Positions 24,449 through 35,822 of a DNA stretch of 64,000 bases are shown in pieces. The stretch lies in the NCBI RefSeq assembly GCF_963921235.1, contig NC_086108.1, forward strand, positions 44,208,001 through 44,272,000, read 5' to 3'. A program made the position numbers and the translations under genes. Under the pieces are notes generated by a model, which saw nothing but the letters and a program-made list of their open reading frames with translations, was not told the DNA's origin and did not search any database. The DNA comes from Mobula hypostoma (Eukaryota). The stretch's first letter is position 1. Each line of letters opens with the position of its first letter.

Positions 24449-26001
24449 TTTACACAGTCAATAAGGAAAGACTCCTCTGGAAACGGATTTCTTTGAAAAC
24501 ATGACGTTACTGCTGATTCTCCAAAGGATTCACGACGAAGGAAATAAAACGGCTTAAAGGAACTGACCTTTTCCTGGCGAGTGAACACTGCACAAGCTTC
24601 TCTGCTCTTGTAGCAGTAATCTCAGATACAGGTCATTTTTCTGAAAGAAGACTTAATAAGGTCATTCCTTCATTAAACCGCCGAGACTCCAACTTTATTC
24701 CGATCCTTCAGGTTCCCGTCCTTCAGTAAGGTCTTCACTCTCCAATACTACTGTAAAGGTAAATCAAAGATACACCAACAAAGCTGGCAGCAATTGGTGA
24801 AACGGCCGGCACAACAATTTTACCTTACAATAGAAAGTAAAACTTGGTTTTAAAACCAAACTGTATCATGAAACAAATATGCAGCATAACCGAGTAACTA
24901 ACGAAGTGAACAACTCAACTGAAACCTAACTGCGTCACACCAGGGGTCTCCTTTATACCTGCTGAGAACAGGTCATCATGTGGCCTCACACTGGCGGGAG
25001 AATTACATCATGTGACCTCCACAAGACCATTACATCATGCTCATAAGACAGGCATAAGATACCCATGGGGTATGTAACACATAAAACAACAAATTTCATG
25101 ATATATGCCAGTGATATTAAACCTGACTCTGATTCCAACAAAGCCAGAAGGAATTGTAACTTTACCTCGCAGACTAAAATTCACCATACATTTAGGTATT
25201 CCACATGTACACATATGAATCATTGACACAAGGTACAACTGATAGCCTCTAAAGACAAAATTAAGTCCCTTGGACAAATAAACTAATATCTATAAGATTT
25301 CTGCTTTGTCTAACATCTTAATGCAAGCATCCTCAAATTTTTGGACCATAAAACAGTATGAAAAGAATGCTTCCGAACAAAAAAATCAAGTTTAATGCTT
25401 TTGCCATTGATGCCAGGAAATGAAGTTTATTTCTGTTTTAGGCAGCTTGGTTCATTCTGGTACTCCCAGATCAAGTGTAGCAGGGTCTAGTGCAGAAGAA
25501 AGAGTAAACCAACCAGATCCCAGGGGGTTAACTTGCACGGCAAGACTCAGCTCCACTCTAGTTCAGTCCCCTGCTCAACAATTTACTTGAGGACATGTCA
25601 GAACAATGCAAGCCACACATCGTATTTTCAACCACTCAGAATGAGATGGATTAGTTGCACACACATTTAAACTTCTCAGTGATCGGACAGAGATGAGGAA
25701 CTAGTTTGAAATTTAATTCCACGTGACATCGTAACGCCAAGCCAGCAAAATAAACAGCTTCCAGTCAGTAGAGACTGAATACAAACTGATACTCACATGG
25801 TAAAAATACAATACACAGATGCAACTTCCTTGACAAACATGTGGAGATTCACCACATCCACACAAATGAGCAATTCATGTTCCCAGAAAACCCAAAGGAA
25901 TCCAGTGCCAATTAAAAGTTATGTTTTCTTCCACACTCATGCATCTTCATGCAAGTGAGCCAAAACACATAGCTTTGGTGTTGTTTAGCCAGAACAGAAT
26001 A

Positions 26002-26235
26002 CAGAGAATTCCAGTTAATTGGGACACATCGGGACCAGGGCATTATTGGCCCAATTAAGTGGCCGCTCCAATTAGCCGGTTTCATGGGAATAATTAAAAA
26101 GGTATAAAAAAGGCAAACTCCTATTTAATTGAGCAACAATGTACTGTATGTATTTAAATGAAATACAGAACAAATTAGAACACTACCAATATCCCTACAG
26201 TATTATAAAACTGTGTATTAGTTTCCTAATAGTTC
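26002..26235. mobile_element. One end of a Tigger/pogo-like DNA transposon
   Basis: TA followed by CAG...ccagttaattgggacacatcgggac and an internal cccaattaa repeat; no second terminus seen. Confidence 0.45.
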
Positions 26236-26239
26236 TTGA

Positions 26240-26570
26240 CTGAGTTATCCTTTTTCCATCATTTCGGTGGCCCTCTCACTCCTTCTCTTCTCTTCCCCCT
26301 GCCCTCAGGACCTGCCCATCACCCCCCTGATTCCCCATCTCCTTCCCTTTATCCCATAGTCCATTGTCCTCTCCTGTCAGGTTCCTTCTTATTCAGCCCT
26401 TTGTCTTTTCCTCCTAGTAACTCCAAGCATCTCATACTGTCCCCCCCTCCCCCACCTGGTCTTACCTATCACTTGCTGGCTTGTTTTCCATCCCTTCCCT
26501 CCATCTTTTTATTCTGCCTTCTCCCTTCTTCCTTTCCAGTGTCGATGAAGGGCCTCAGCTGGAAATGGTG
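26240..26570 (+). mobile_element. Old PLE pseudo-LTR fragment
   Basis: Pyrimidine-rich pLTR ending in a degenerate gatgaagggcctcagctggaaa motif. Confidence 0.65.
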
Positions 26571-27260
26571 ATCAGGATCAGGTTTAATATCACTGGGACA
26601 GGCTGTGAAATCTGTTGTTACACAGCAGCAGCACATTGTAATACATAATAGTAAAACTGCAAATTACGTTAAGTATATAAGTTAAATTAATTATGTAGTG
26701 AAAAAAGAGAAAAAACTATATAGTGAGGTAGTGTTCAGGGGTTCAGTGTCCATTCAGACATCTGATAATGGAGGGGAAATGAAGGAGCTGTTCCTGAATC
26801 ATTGAGTGTGTGCATTCGGGCTTTTGTACCTGTTCCCTGATGGTGGAAATGAGAAGATGGCATGCCCTGGCTGATGGGGGTCCTTTTTGAGGCATCGCTC
26901 CACAGAAGATGTCCTGGATACTGGGGATGCTGGTGCCCACGATGGAGCTGACTGAGCTTACAACTTTCTGCAGCTTATTTCAATCCTGTGCAGTGTTCCC
27001 CCACACCGGACAGTGAGACAGCCAATTAGAATGCTCTCCACAGTATATCTGTAGAAATTTGCAAGTGTCCTTGGTGATATACCAAATCTCTTCAGACTCC
27101 TAATGGAATATAGTCGCAATCATGCCTTCTTCGTAATTGCATTGATATGTTGGGACCAGGTTAGACCCTCAGAGATATTGACACTGACACCCAGGAATTT
27201 GAAATTCCTCACCCTTTCCCCTTCTTATCCCTCTATGAGAACCGGTGTGTGTTCCCTCAT
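26571..27260 (-). mobile_element. Rex1/Babar LINE 3' fragment
   Basis: Reverse complement of the RT C-terminus and 3'UTR seen at 27493-29983. Confidence 0.75.
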
Positions 27261-28290
27261 CTTGAGCTACATGAGCTTCAAACACTGCAACAGATCAAGG
27301 AAGTGCAGAGTTACCTGATGTGGTGTTTCGGCAGGTAGTCACGCCCATTAGTCTAACTGCTGGGCAATACCATTTGTTTAATTTGGTCTGTAATTGGGGA
27401 CAAGGGCATGTGACAAGAGGTAGGTCTGGAGGAGCCTCAGCCCTAGAGCCTGTCCAACAGCTCTGAGATTCTTGCTCCCTATGAGGGCGATTGTGGTGTG
27501 TGTGCTTAGCCCACTGCTCTACTCTCTGTATACACATGACTGTGTGGCTAGGCATTGCTCAAATACCATCTATAAATTTGCTGACGATACAGCCATTGTT
27601 GGTAGAATCTCTGGTGGTGACAAGAGGGCGTACAGGACTCAGATATGCCAACTAGTGGCATGGTGCCACAGCAACAACCTGGCACTCAATGTCAGTAAGA
27701 CAAAAGAGCTGATTGTGGACTTCAGGAAGAGTAAGACAAAGGAGCACATGCCAATCCTCATAGAGGGATCAGAAGTGGAGAGAGTGAGCAGCTTCAAGTT
27801 CCTGGGTGTCAAGATCTCTGAGGATCTAACCTGGTCCCAACATATCAATGCAGTTATAAAGAAGGCAAGACAGCGGCTATACTTCATTAGGAGTTTGAAG
27901 AGATTTGGCATGTCAACAAATACACTCAAAAACTTCTATAGTTGTACCATGGAGAGCATTCTGACAGGCTGCATCAATGGTTGGTATGGTGGAGCTACAG
28001 CACAGCACCGAAAGAAACTGCAAAAGGTTGTAAATCTAGTCAGCTCCATCTTGGGCACTAGCCTACAAAGTACCCAGTACATCTTTAGGGAGTGGTGTCT
28101 CAGAAAGGCGGCATCCATTATTAAGGACCTCCAGCACCCACGGCATGCCCTTTTCTCACTGTTACCATCAAGTAGGAGATACAGAAGCCTGAAGGCACAC
28201 ACTCAGCGATTCAGGAACAGCTTCTTCCCCTCTGCCATCCAATTCCTAAATGGATATTGAAGCTTTGGGTAATATACAGTATTTCTGATT

Positions 28291-28967
28291 AGATTAGATT
28301 ATGAGAAAACTCAGTCCTCTTTTATTGTCATTTAGAAATGCATACATGCATTAAGAAATGATACAATGTTCCTCCAGAGTGATATCACAGAAAACAGGAC
28401 AACCCAAAGACTAACACTGACAGAACCATATAATTATAACATATAGTTACAGCAGTGCAAAACAATACCAGAATTTGATAAAGAACAGACCATGGGCACG
28501 GTAAAAAAAAAGTCTCAAGTCCCGATCGACTCCTGAGTCCCCGATAGCAGATGGCAAAAGGGAGGAACTCCCTGCCATAAACCTCCAAGGCACCGACAAG
28601 TGCCGATGCCTTGGAAGCAGCCGACCACAGCCGACACCGAGTCCATCCATCCAAAAACTTCGAGCCTCTGACCAGCCCCTCCAACACAGCCTCCCAAGCG
28701 CCATCCTCTGCCAAGCGCCTTTGACCTAGCTCCGGCCGCCGAAACAAGCAAAGCCGAGAATTCGGGGCCTTCTACTCCAGAGATTCCGGTTACCACACAG
28801 TAGCAGCGGCAGCAAAGCGGGCATATCAGAAGTTTCTCCAGATGTTCCTCCGTACTCTCACGTCCGTCTCCATCAAATCAGAATTGTGCACGGTCCCCTA
28901 CTTGACAGATTACAGATATTCACCGGAGAGGCAGCGTGCCCTGCGTTACGCTGCCATCTTCTCCTCC
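28291..28967 (-). mobile_element. Non-autonomous retroposon family X, copy 2, with 8-bp TSD
   Basis: TSD ttctgatt at 28283-28290 and 28968-28975. Confidence 0.85.
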
Positions 28968-29075
28968 TTCTGATTTTGCACATTTTTAAAAATCTATTCA
29001 ATATATGTAATTGATTTACTTGTTTATTTATTATTATGTTTTGTTTTATTTATTTATTTTTTTCCTCTAGATTAT

Positions 29076-29886
29076 AGAAACATAGAAAATAGGTGCAGGA
29101 GTAGGCCATTCGGCCCTTCGAGCCTGCACCTCCATTCAGTATGATCATGGCTGATCATCCAACTCAGAACCCCGCCCCAGCCTTCCCTCCATACCCCCTG
29201 ACCCCCGTAGCCACAAGGGCCATATCTAACTCCCTCTTAAATATAGCCAATGAACTGGCCTCAACTGTTTCCTGTGGCAGAGAATTCCACAGATTCACCA
29301 CTCTCTGTGTGAAGAAGTTTTTCCTAATCTCGGTCCTAAAAGGCTTCCCCTTTATCCTCAAACTGTGACCCCTCGTCCTGGACTTCCCCAACATCGGGAA
29401 CAATCTTCCTGCATCTAGCCTGTCCAATCCCTTTAGGATTTTATACGTTTCAATAAGATTCCCCCTCAATTTTCTAAATTCCAACGAGTATAAGCCTAGT
29501 CGATCCAGTCTTTCATCACATGAAAGTCCTGCCATCCCAGGAATCAATCTGGTGAACCTTCTTTGTACTCCCTCTATGGCAAAGATGTCTTTCCTCAGAT
29601 CAGGGGACCAAAACTGCACACAATACTCCAGGTGTGGTCTCACCAAGGCCTTGTACAACTGCAGTAGTACCTCCCTGCTCCTGTACTCGAATCCTCTCGC
29701 TATAAATGCCAGCATACCATTCGCCTTTTTCACCGCCTGCTGTACCTGCATGCCCACTTTCAATGACTGGTGTATAAGGACACCCAGGTCTCGTTGCACC
29801 TCCCCTTTTCCTAATCGGCCACCATTCAGATAATAATCTGTTTTCCTATTTTTGCCACCAAAGTGGATAACCTCACATTTATCCAC
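29076..29886 (-). mobile_element. Young 5'-truncated CR1 with uninterrupted 240-codon ORF2 C-terminus
   Basis: ORF 29164-29886; TSD attat at 29071-29075 and 29887-29891. Confidence 0.92.
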
Positions 29887-30602
29887 ATTATGTATTGCAT
29901 TGAACTGCTGCTGGTGCTAAGTTAACAAATTTCACGTCACATGCCGATGGTAAAAAAACCTGATTCTGATTCTGATTCTGATTGTAGGATGGATGAGCAA
30001 TCTGATCATGGCGTCATGGTTCAGGGAACCATTTGGGGTGGTGGCGGGAGGAAGAGAAAAGAGAAATGCAATTGAAATTGGGGATAGTACAGATGGGGAA
30101 ATGGACACTACCTCAAGTACCAAGAGTCCCGAAAGCTGCGTTGCCTGCCTGGTACCCGGGTTTCGGACTTCTTATCAGACTTTTCATGGAGTGGAGGGGA
30201 AATACTCAGTTGTGGGTACCATCAACATACTGTATGCAGGAGGACTGGAGCTCTGCTGAGGGGACCTAAGCAGCTGGGCACTAAATTAAAAGGCAAAACC
30301 AATAAGGTAATAATCTCTGGATTGCTACCAGGGTCACGTGTAAATTGACATGGGGTCAATAAGATCAGAAAGCTAAATGCTTGGCTCAAAGATTGGTATG
30401 GAGAAGAGGGTTTGAATGACAGGCTGCACCTGAATCATGCTGGGACCAGGGCACAGACATAGTAGGGCTGTGAATAGGGCATTGAACTAAATAGCACGGG
30501 AGGTGGGAAAATATGGATAAAATAACCAATAAGGAGAGTGTAGAAGTAATTACTGAAGTCTCTAGGATAAAAAAAACTAAGGCAGAAAGTTTAAAAAGAA
30601 AC

Positions 30603-31168
30603 CTACTCTACTGTCAAGATGAAGCCACACTCAGGTTGGAGGAACAACACCTTATATTCCGTCTGGGTAGCCTCCAACCTGATGGCATGAACATTGACTT
30701 CTCTAACTTCCATTAATGCCCCACCTCCCCTTCGTACCCCATCCCTTATTCATTCATTCATTTATTTATTATTCTTTTCCCCCATTTTTCCTCTCTTTTT
30801 TCTCCCCCTGTCCCTCTCACTATAACTCCTTGCCCATCCTCTGGATCCCCCCCCCTTTCTTTCTCACTAGACCTCCCGTCCTATGATCCTCTTCTTTCTC
30901 CAGCCTCATATCCCTTTTGCCAATCAACTTCCCAGCTCTTAGCTCCATCCCTCCCCCTCCTGTCTTCTCCTATCATTTTGGATCTCCCCCTCCCCCTCCC
31001 ACTTTCAAATCTCTTACTATCTCTTCTTTCAGTTAGTCCTGACGAAGGGTCTTGGCCCAAAACGTCGACTGTACCTCTTCCTATAGATGCTGCCTGGCCT
31101 GCTGCGTTCACCAGCATTTTTGTTTTGGTGTGTGTTGCTTGAATTTCCAGCATCTGCAGATTTCCTCG
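30603..31168 (+). mobile_element. PLE 3' part (GIY-YIG C-terminus and pLTR) with hammerhead motif at 31035-31070
   Basis: [36 protein letters not shown] followed by pLTR. Confidence 0.88.
31035..31070 (+). ncRNA. Minimal type I hammerhead ribozyme motif in a PLE pLTR (G-to-A change in the GAAA box)
   Basis: AGTC-CTGACGA-A-GGG-TCTTGG-CCC-AAAAC-GTC-GACT. Confidence 0.75.
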
Positions 31169-33309
31169 GCTTTGCGTACACAATACTCCAAGTGTGGTCT
31201 CATGAGTGCCTTTATAGAGGCTCAACATCACATCCCTGCTCTTATATTCTATACTTCTAGAAATAAATGCCAACATTGCATTTGCCTTTTTCACACTGAC
31301 TCAACCTAGAGGTTAACCTTTAGAGTGTCTTGCACAAGGACTCCCAAGTCCCTCTGCATCTCTGCATTTTGAATGCTCTCTCCATCTAAATAATAGTCTG
31401 CCCATTTATTTCTTCCACCAAAGTGCATGACCACACACTTTCTAACATTGTGTTTCATTTGTCACTTCTTTGCCCATTCCCCTAAACTATCTAAGTCTCT
31501 CCGCAGGCTCTCTGTTTCCTCAACACTACCTGCTCCTCCACCTATCTTTGTATCATCGGCAAATTTAGCCACAAACCTATTAATTCCATTGTCTAAATAT
31601 CATTGACATACATCATAAGAAGCAGCGGTCCCAACATCGAACCCTGTGGAACTCCACTGGTAACTGGCAGCCAACCAGAAAAGGATCCTTTTATTCCCAC
31701 TCTCTGCTTTCTGCCGATCAGCCAATGCTCCACCCAGGCTGGTAGCTTCCCTGTAAATGCATGGACTCGAATTTTGCTAAGCAGCCTCTTGAGCGGCACC
31801 TTGTCAAAAGTCTTCTGAAAATCCAAGTACACCACATCCACTGCATCTCCCTTGTCTACCGTGCTTGTAATTTCCTCAAAAAATTGCAGTAGGTTAATCA
31901 AGCAGGACTTTCTTTTCAGGAAACCATGCTGGCTTTGGCCTATCTTGTCATGTGCCTCCAGGTACTCCATAATTTCATCCCTAACAATCGATTCCAACAA
32001 CTTCCCAACCACTGATGTCAGGTTAACAGGACTATAGTTTTGTTTCTGCTGCCTCCCACCCTTCTGAAATAGCGGAGTAACATTTGCAATTTTTCAGTCA
32101 TCTGGTACAATGCCAGAATCTATCGACTCTTGAAAGATCATTGTTAATGCCTCTGCAATCTCTCCAGCTGCTTCCTTCAGAACCCGAGAGTGCATTCCAT
32201 CAGGTCCAGGAGATTTATCCACCCTCAGACCATTAAGCTTCCTGAGCACCTCCTCAGTCGTAATTTTCACTGCACGTACTTCACTTCCCTGACACTCTTG
32301 AATGTCCGGTATACTGCAGATGTCTTCCACTATGAAGACTGATGCAAAATACGCATTCAGTTCCTCTGTCATCTCTGCATCTCTCATTACAATATTTCCA
32401 AAGGCATTTTCTATTGGTCCTATATCTACCCTTGACTCTTTTACCCTTTATATACTTAAAAAGCTTTTATCCTTTGATACTACTTGCCAGCTTCCTTTCA
32501 TAATTCATCTTTTCCTTCCTAATGACCTTCTTTGTTTCCTTCTGCAAGTTTTTAAAAGCTTCCCAATCCTCTATTTTCCCACTAGCATTGGCTTCCTTGT
32601 ATGCCCTCTCTTTTGCTTTTATTTTGGCTCTGACTTCACTTGTCAGCCACGGTAGTGTCTTTCTTCCATTCAAAAATTTCTTCTTATTTGGAATATATCT
32701 GCCTTGCACTTCCCTCATTTTCTCCAGAAACTCCAGCCATTGCCTCTCTGCTATCCTTCTTGCTAGTGTCCTTTTCCAGTCAACTTTGGCCAGTTCCCTT
32801 CTCATGCAATTGTAATTTCCTTTAATCCACTGAAATACTGACAGATTGGAATTTCGTTTCTCCTTCTCAAATTTAAAAGTGAACTCGATCATATTGTGAT
32901 CACTGTTCCCTTATCACCTCCGGATCATTGCACAACACCCAGTCCAGCACAGCCGATCCCCTAGTGGGTTCAACAATAAACTGTTCTAAAAAGCCATCCC
33001 TTAGACATTCTATAAATTCTGTCTCGAGGTCCAGCACTGGCCTGGTTTTCCCAACCCACTTTCATGTCAAAATCCCCAGTGATTATCATGACATTGCCCT
33101 TCTGACATGCCTTTTCCATCTCCTGCTGTAATTTGTAATCCACATCCCGGATGCTGTTTGGAAGCCTGTATTCCTCTTTCTCAGCCCCATCACTCTGGGT
33201 CCCATCCCCCTGCCAAATTAGTTTAAACCCTCCTTGACAGCTCTACTAAATGTGCCCGCTAGGATATTGGACCCCTTTGGGTTCAGGTGTAACCTGTCCT
33301 TTTTGTACA

Positions 33310-34083
33310 TAGAACATAGAATAGTACAGCACAGTACAGGCCCTTCGGACCACAATGTTGTGCCGACCCTCAAACCCTGCCTCACATATAATCTCCCTCC
33401 TTAAATTCCTCCATATACCTCTCCAGTAGCCTCTTAAATTTCATGAGTGTATCTGCCTCCACCACTGACTCAGGCAGTGCATTCCACGCACCAACTGAGG
33501 TTTTTACTGAGTAAAAACCCTTCCTCTAATATCCCCCTTGAACTTCCCACCCCTTACCTTAAAGCCATGTCCTCTTGTATTGAGCAGTGGTGCCCTGGGG
33601 AAGAGGCGCTGGCTATCCACTCTATCTATTCCTCTTAATATCTAGTATACCTCTATCATGTCTCCTCTCATCCTCCTTCTCTCCAAAGAGTAAAGCCCTA
33701 GCTCCCTTAATCTCTGATCATAATGTATACTCTCTAAACCAGGCAGCATCCTGGTAAATCTCCTCTGTACCCTTTCCAATGCTTCCACATCCTTCCTATA
33801 GTGAGGCGACCAGAACTGGACTCAGTACTCCAAGTGTGGCCTAACCAGAATTTTATAGAGCTGCATCATTACATCGCGACTCTTAAACTCTATCCCTCGA
33901 CTTATGAAGGCTAACATCCCATAAGCTTTCTTAACTACCCTATCTACCTGTGAGGCAACTTTCAGGGATCTGTGGACATGTACCCCCAGATCCCTCTGCT
34001 CCTCCACACTACCAAGTATCCTGCCATTTACTTTGTACTCTGCCTTGGAGTTTGTTCTTCCAAAGTGTACCACCTCACACTTC
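33310..34083 (-). mobile_element. Young CR1 3' end nested in a CR1
   Basis: KCEVVHFGRTN...VRPHLEY; (tatgttc) tail at the left end. Confidence 0.88.
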
Positions 34084-34170
34084 ATACCTCCCCCAGAAGA
34101 GGCCCCAATGATACAGGAATCTGAATCCCTGCCCCCTACACCAGTCTCTCAGCCACACAATAATACGACT

Positions 34171-34846
34171 GATTAGATTATGAGGACACTCAGTCCTCGT
34201 TTATTGTCATTTAGAAATGCATGCATTAAGAAATGATACAATGTTCCTCCAGAGTGATATCACAAAAAAAGCAGGACAAACCAAAGACTAACACTGACAA
34301 GACCACATAATTATAACATATAGTTACAGCAGTGCAAAGCAATACCATAATTTGATAAAGAGCAGACCATGGGCACGGTAAAAAAAAAGTCTCAAGTCCC
34401 GATCGAATCCCAATAGACCTGATAGCAGGCGGCAGAAGGGAGAAACTCTCCCTGCCATAAACTTCCAGGCACCGACAACTGCCGATGCATTGGAAGCACC
34501 CGACCACAGCCGACTCTGAGTCCGTCCAAAAACTTCGAGCCTCCGACCAGCCCCTCTGATACAGCCTCCTGAGCACCATCCTCTGCCGAGCACTTTGACC
34601 CCGCCCTGGCCACCAAGCAACAAGCAAAGCCGAGGACTCGGGGCCTCCTCCTCCGGAGATTCCGGATCACACAGTAGCAGTGGCAGCGAAGCAGGCATTT
34701 CAGAAGTTTCTCCAGATGTTCCTTCGTTCTCTCACGTCTGTCTCCATCAAATCAGGATTGTGCCCAGCACCCTACTTGACAGATAACAGATATCATTCAG
34801 CGGAGTGGCTGCTGCGCGCTGCGTCGCGCCGCCATCTTCTCCTCCT
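34171..34846 (-). mobile_element. Non-autonomous retroposon family X, copy 3
   Basis: 5' AGGAGGAGAAGATGGCGGCGCG, 3' AATAAA...CATAATCTAATC. Confidence 0.85.
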
Positions 34847-35359
34847 CATGCTATTCTTGCACTCACTCGCACATGGCACAGGCAGCAATCCTGAGATTAC
34901 TACCCTGGAGGTCCTGCTTTTCAGCTTCCTACCTAACTCCCTGAACTCTCTCTTCAGGACCTCCTCCCTTTTTCTCCCTCTGTCATTGTCACCAACATGG
35001 ACCAAGACTTCTGGCTGTTCACCTTCTCCCTTCAGAGGATACACATTCTATCGTAAAGATGAGCAGGTGGGATGGCTTTATTGGTAAAAATTGAAATCAA
35101 ATCCTTAGCAAGAAGTTTCATAGAATTAGAAGACAGAATCCTAACAAGTAGTGTTAAGAAAATGCAAGAATAAAAAGAACCTGAAGAAAGTTCACCCAAA
35201 CAGTAGCCAGAATGTGAGGGAACCAAATAGCAACAGTAGATGGTAAAGGCAAAGGGGAATTTCAATATTCAGGTAGACTGGGAAAAATCAGTTTGATCAA
35301 CACACACGCAAAATGCTGGTGAACGCAGCAGGCCAGGCAGCATCTATAGGAAGAGGTAC

Positions 35360-35395
35360 AGTCGATGTTTCGGGCCGAGACCCTTCGGCAGGACT
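35360..35395 (-). ncRNA. Minimal hammerhead ribozyme motif in a PLE pLTR (core substitutions)
   Basis: AGTC-CTGCCGA-A-GGG-TCTCGG-CCC-GAAAC-ATC-GACT. Confidence 0.65.
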
Positions 35396-35642
35396 AACTG
35401 AAAGAAAAGATAGTAAGAGATTTGAAAGTGGGAGAGAGAAGGGGAGATCTGAAATGATAGGAGAAGACAGGAGGGGAAAGGAATGGAGTTAAGAGCTGGA
35501 ACGTTGATTGGCAAAAGGGATACGAGGCTGGAGAAGGGAGAGGATCATGGGGCGGGAAGTCCAGGGACACAGAAAGGGGGAGGGGAGCCTAGAGGATGGG
35601 CAAGGAGTTATAGTGAGAGGGACAGTGGGAGAAAAAAAAAGG

Positions 35643-35822
35643 GGGAGAGGGAGAGGGAGAGGGAGAGGGAGAGGGAGAGGGAGAGGGAGAGGGAGAGGGA
35701 GAGGGAGAGGGAGAGGGAGAGGGAGAGGGAGAGGGAGAGGGAGAGGGAGAGGGAGAGGGAGAGGGAGAGGGAGAGGGAGAGGGAGAGGGAGAGGGAGAGG
35801 GAGAGGGAGAGGGAGAGGGAGA
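35643..35822. repeat. (GGGAGA)n hexamer microsatellite, about 30 units
   Basis: Read directly. Confidence 0.97.

Larger units (their letters stand above)
23475..25079 (-). mobile_element. Solo LTR (about 840 bp without its nested insert) with 4-bp TSD CATA
   Basis: TG...CA ends; CATA at 23471-23474 and 25080-25083; minus-strand TATAAA near 24955 and AATAAA near 23540; host LINE tail rejoins across it. Confidence 0.8.
20700..25135 (+). mobile_element. Rex1/Babar-type LINE, near full length and degenerate, 3'UTR interrupted by a solo LTR
   Basis: Endonuclease (GGRVCFM, SPDLEHLAVKCHPFYL, TLDHFY, PHFGKSDH), RT (NDYHPVAL, KCFERLV, FRNSFFPS), tail ctgactctgatt. Confidence 0.82.
27493..29983 (+). 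mobile_element. Rex1/Babar LINE 3' part, interrupted by family X and a CR1
   Basis: ORF 27472-28260: VLSPLLYSLYTHDC, KFADDT, LNVSKTKELIVDFR, RFRNSFFPSAI; (ctgatt)4 tail. Confidence 0.88.
31170..35035 (-). mobile_element. CR1 (ORF1 esterase remnant and ORF2) carrying a nested CR1 3' end and family X copy 3
   Basis: VLVHVGDND...VVISGLLP; VDKSPGPDG; YLDFQKTFDKV; SGVPQGS. Confidence 0.85.
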
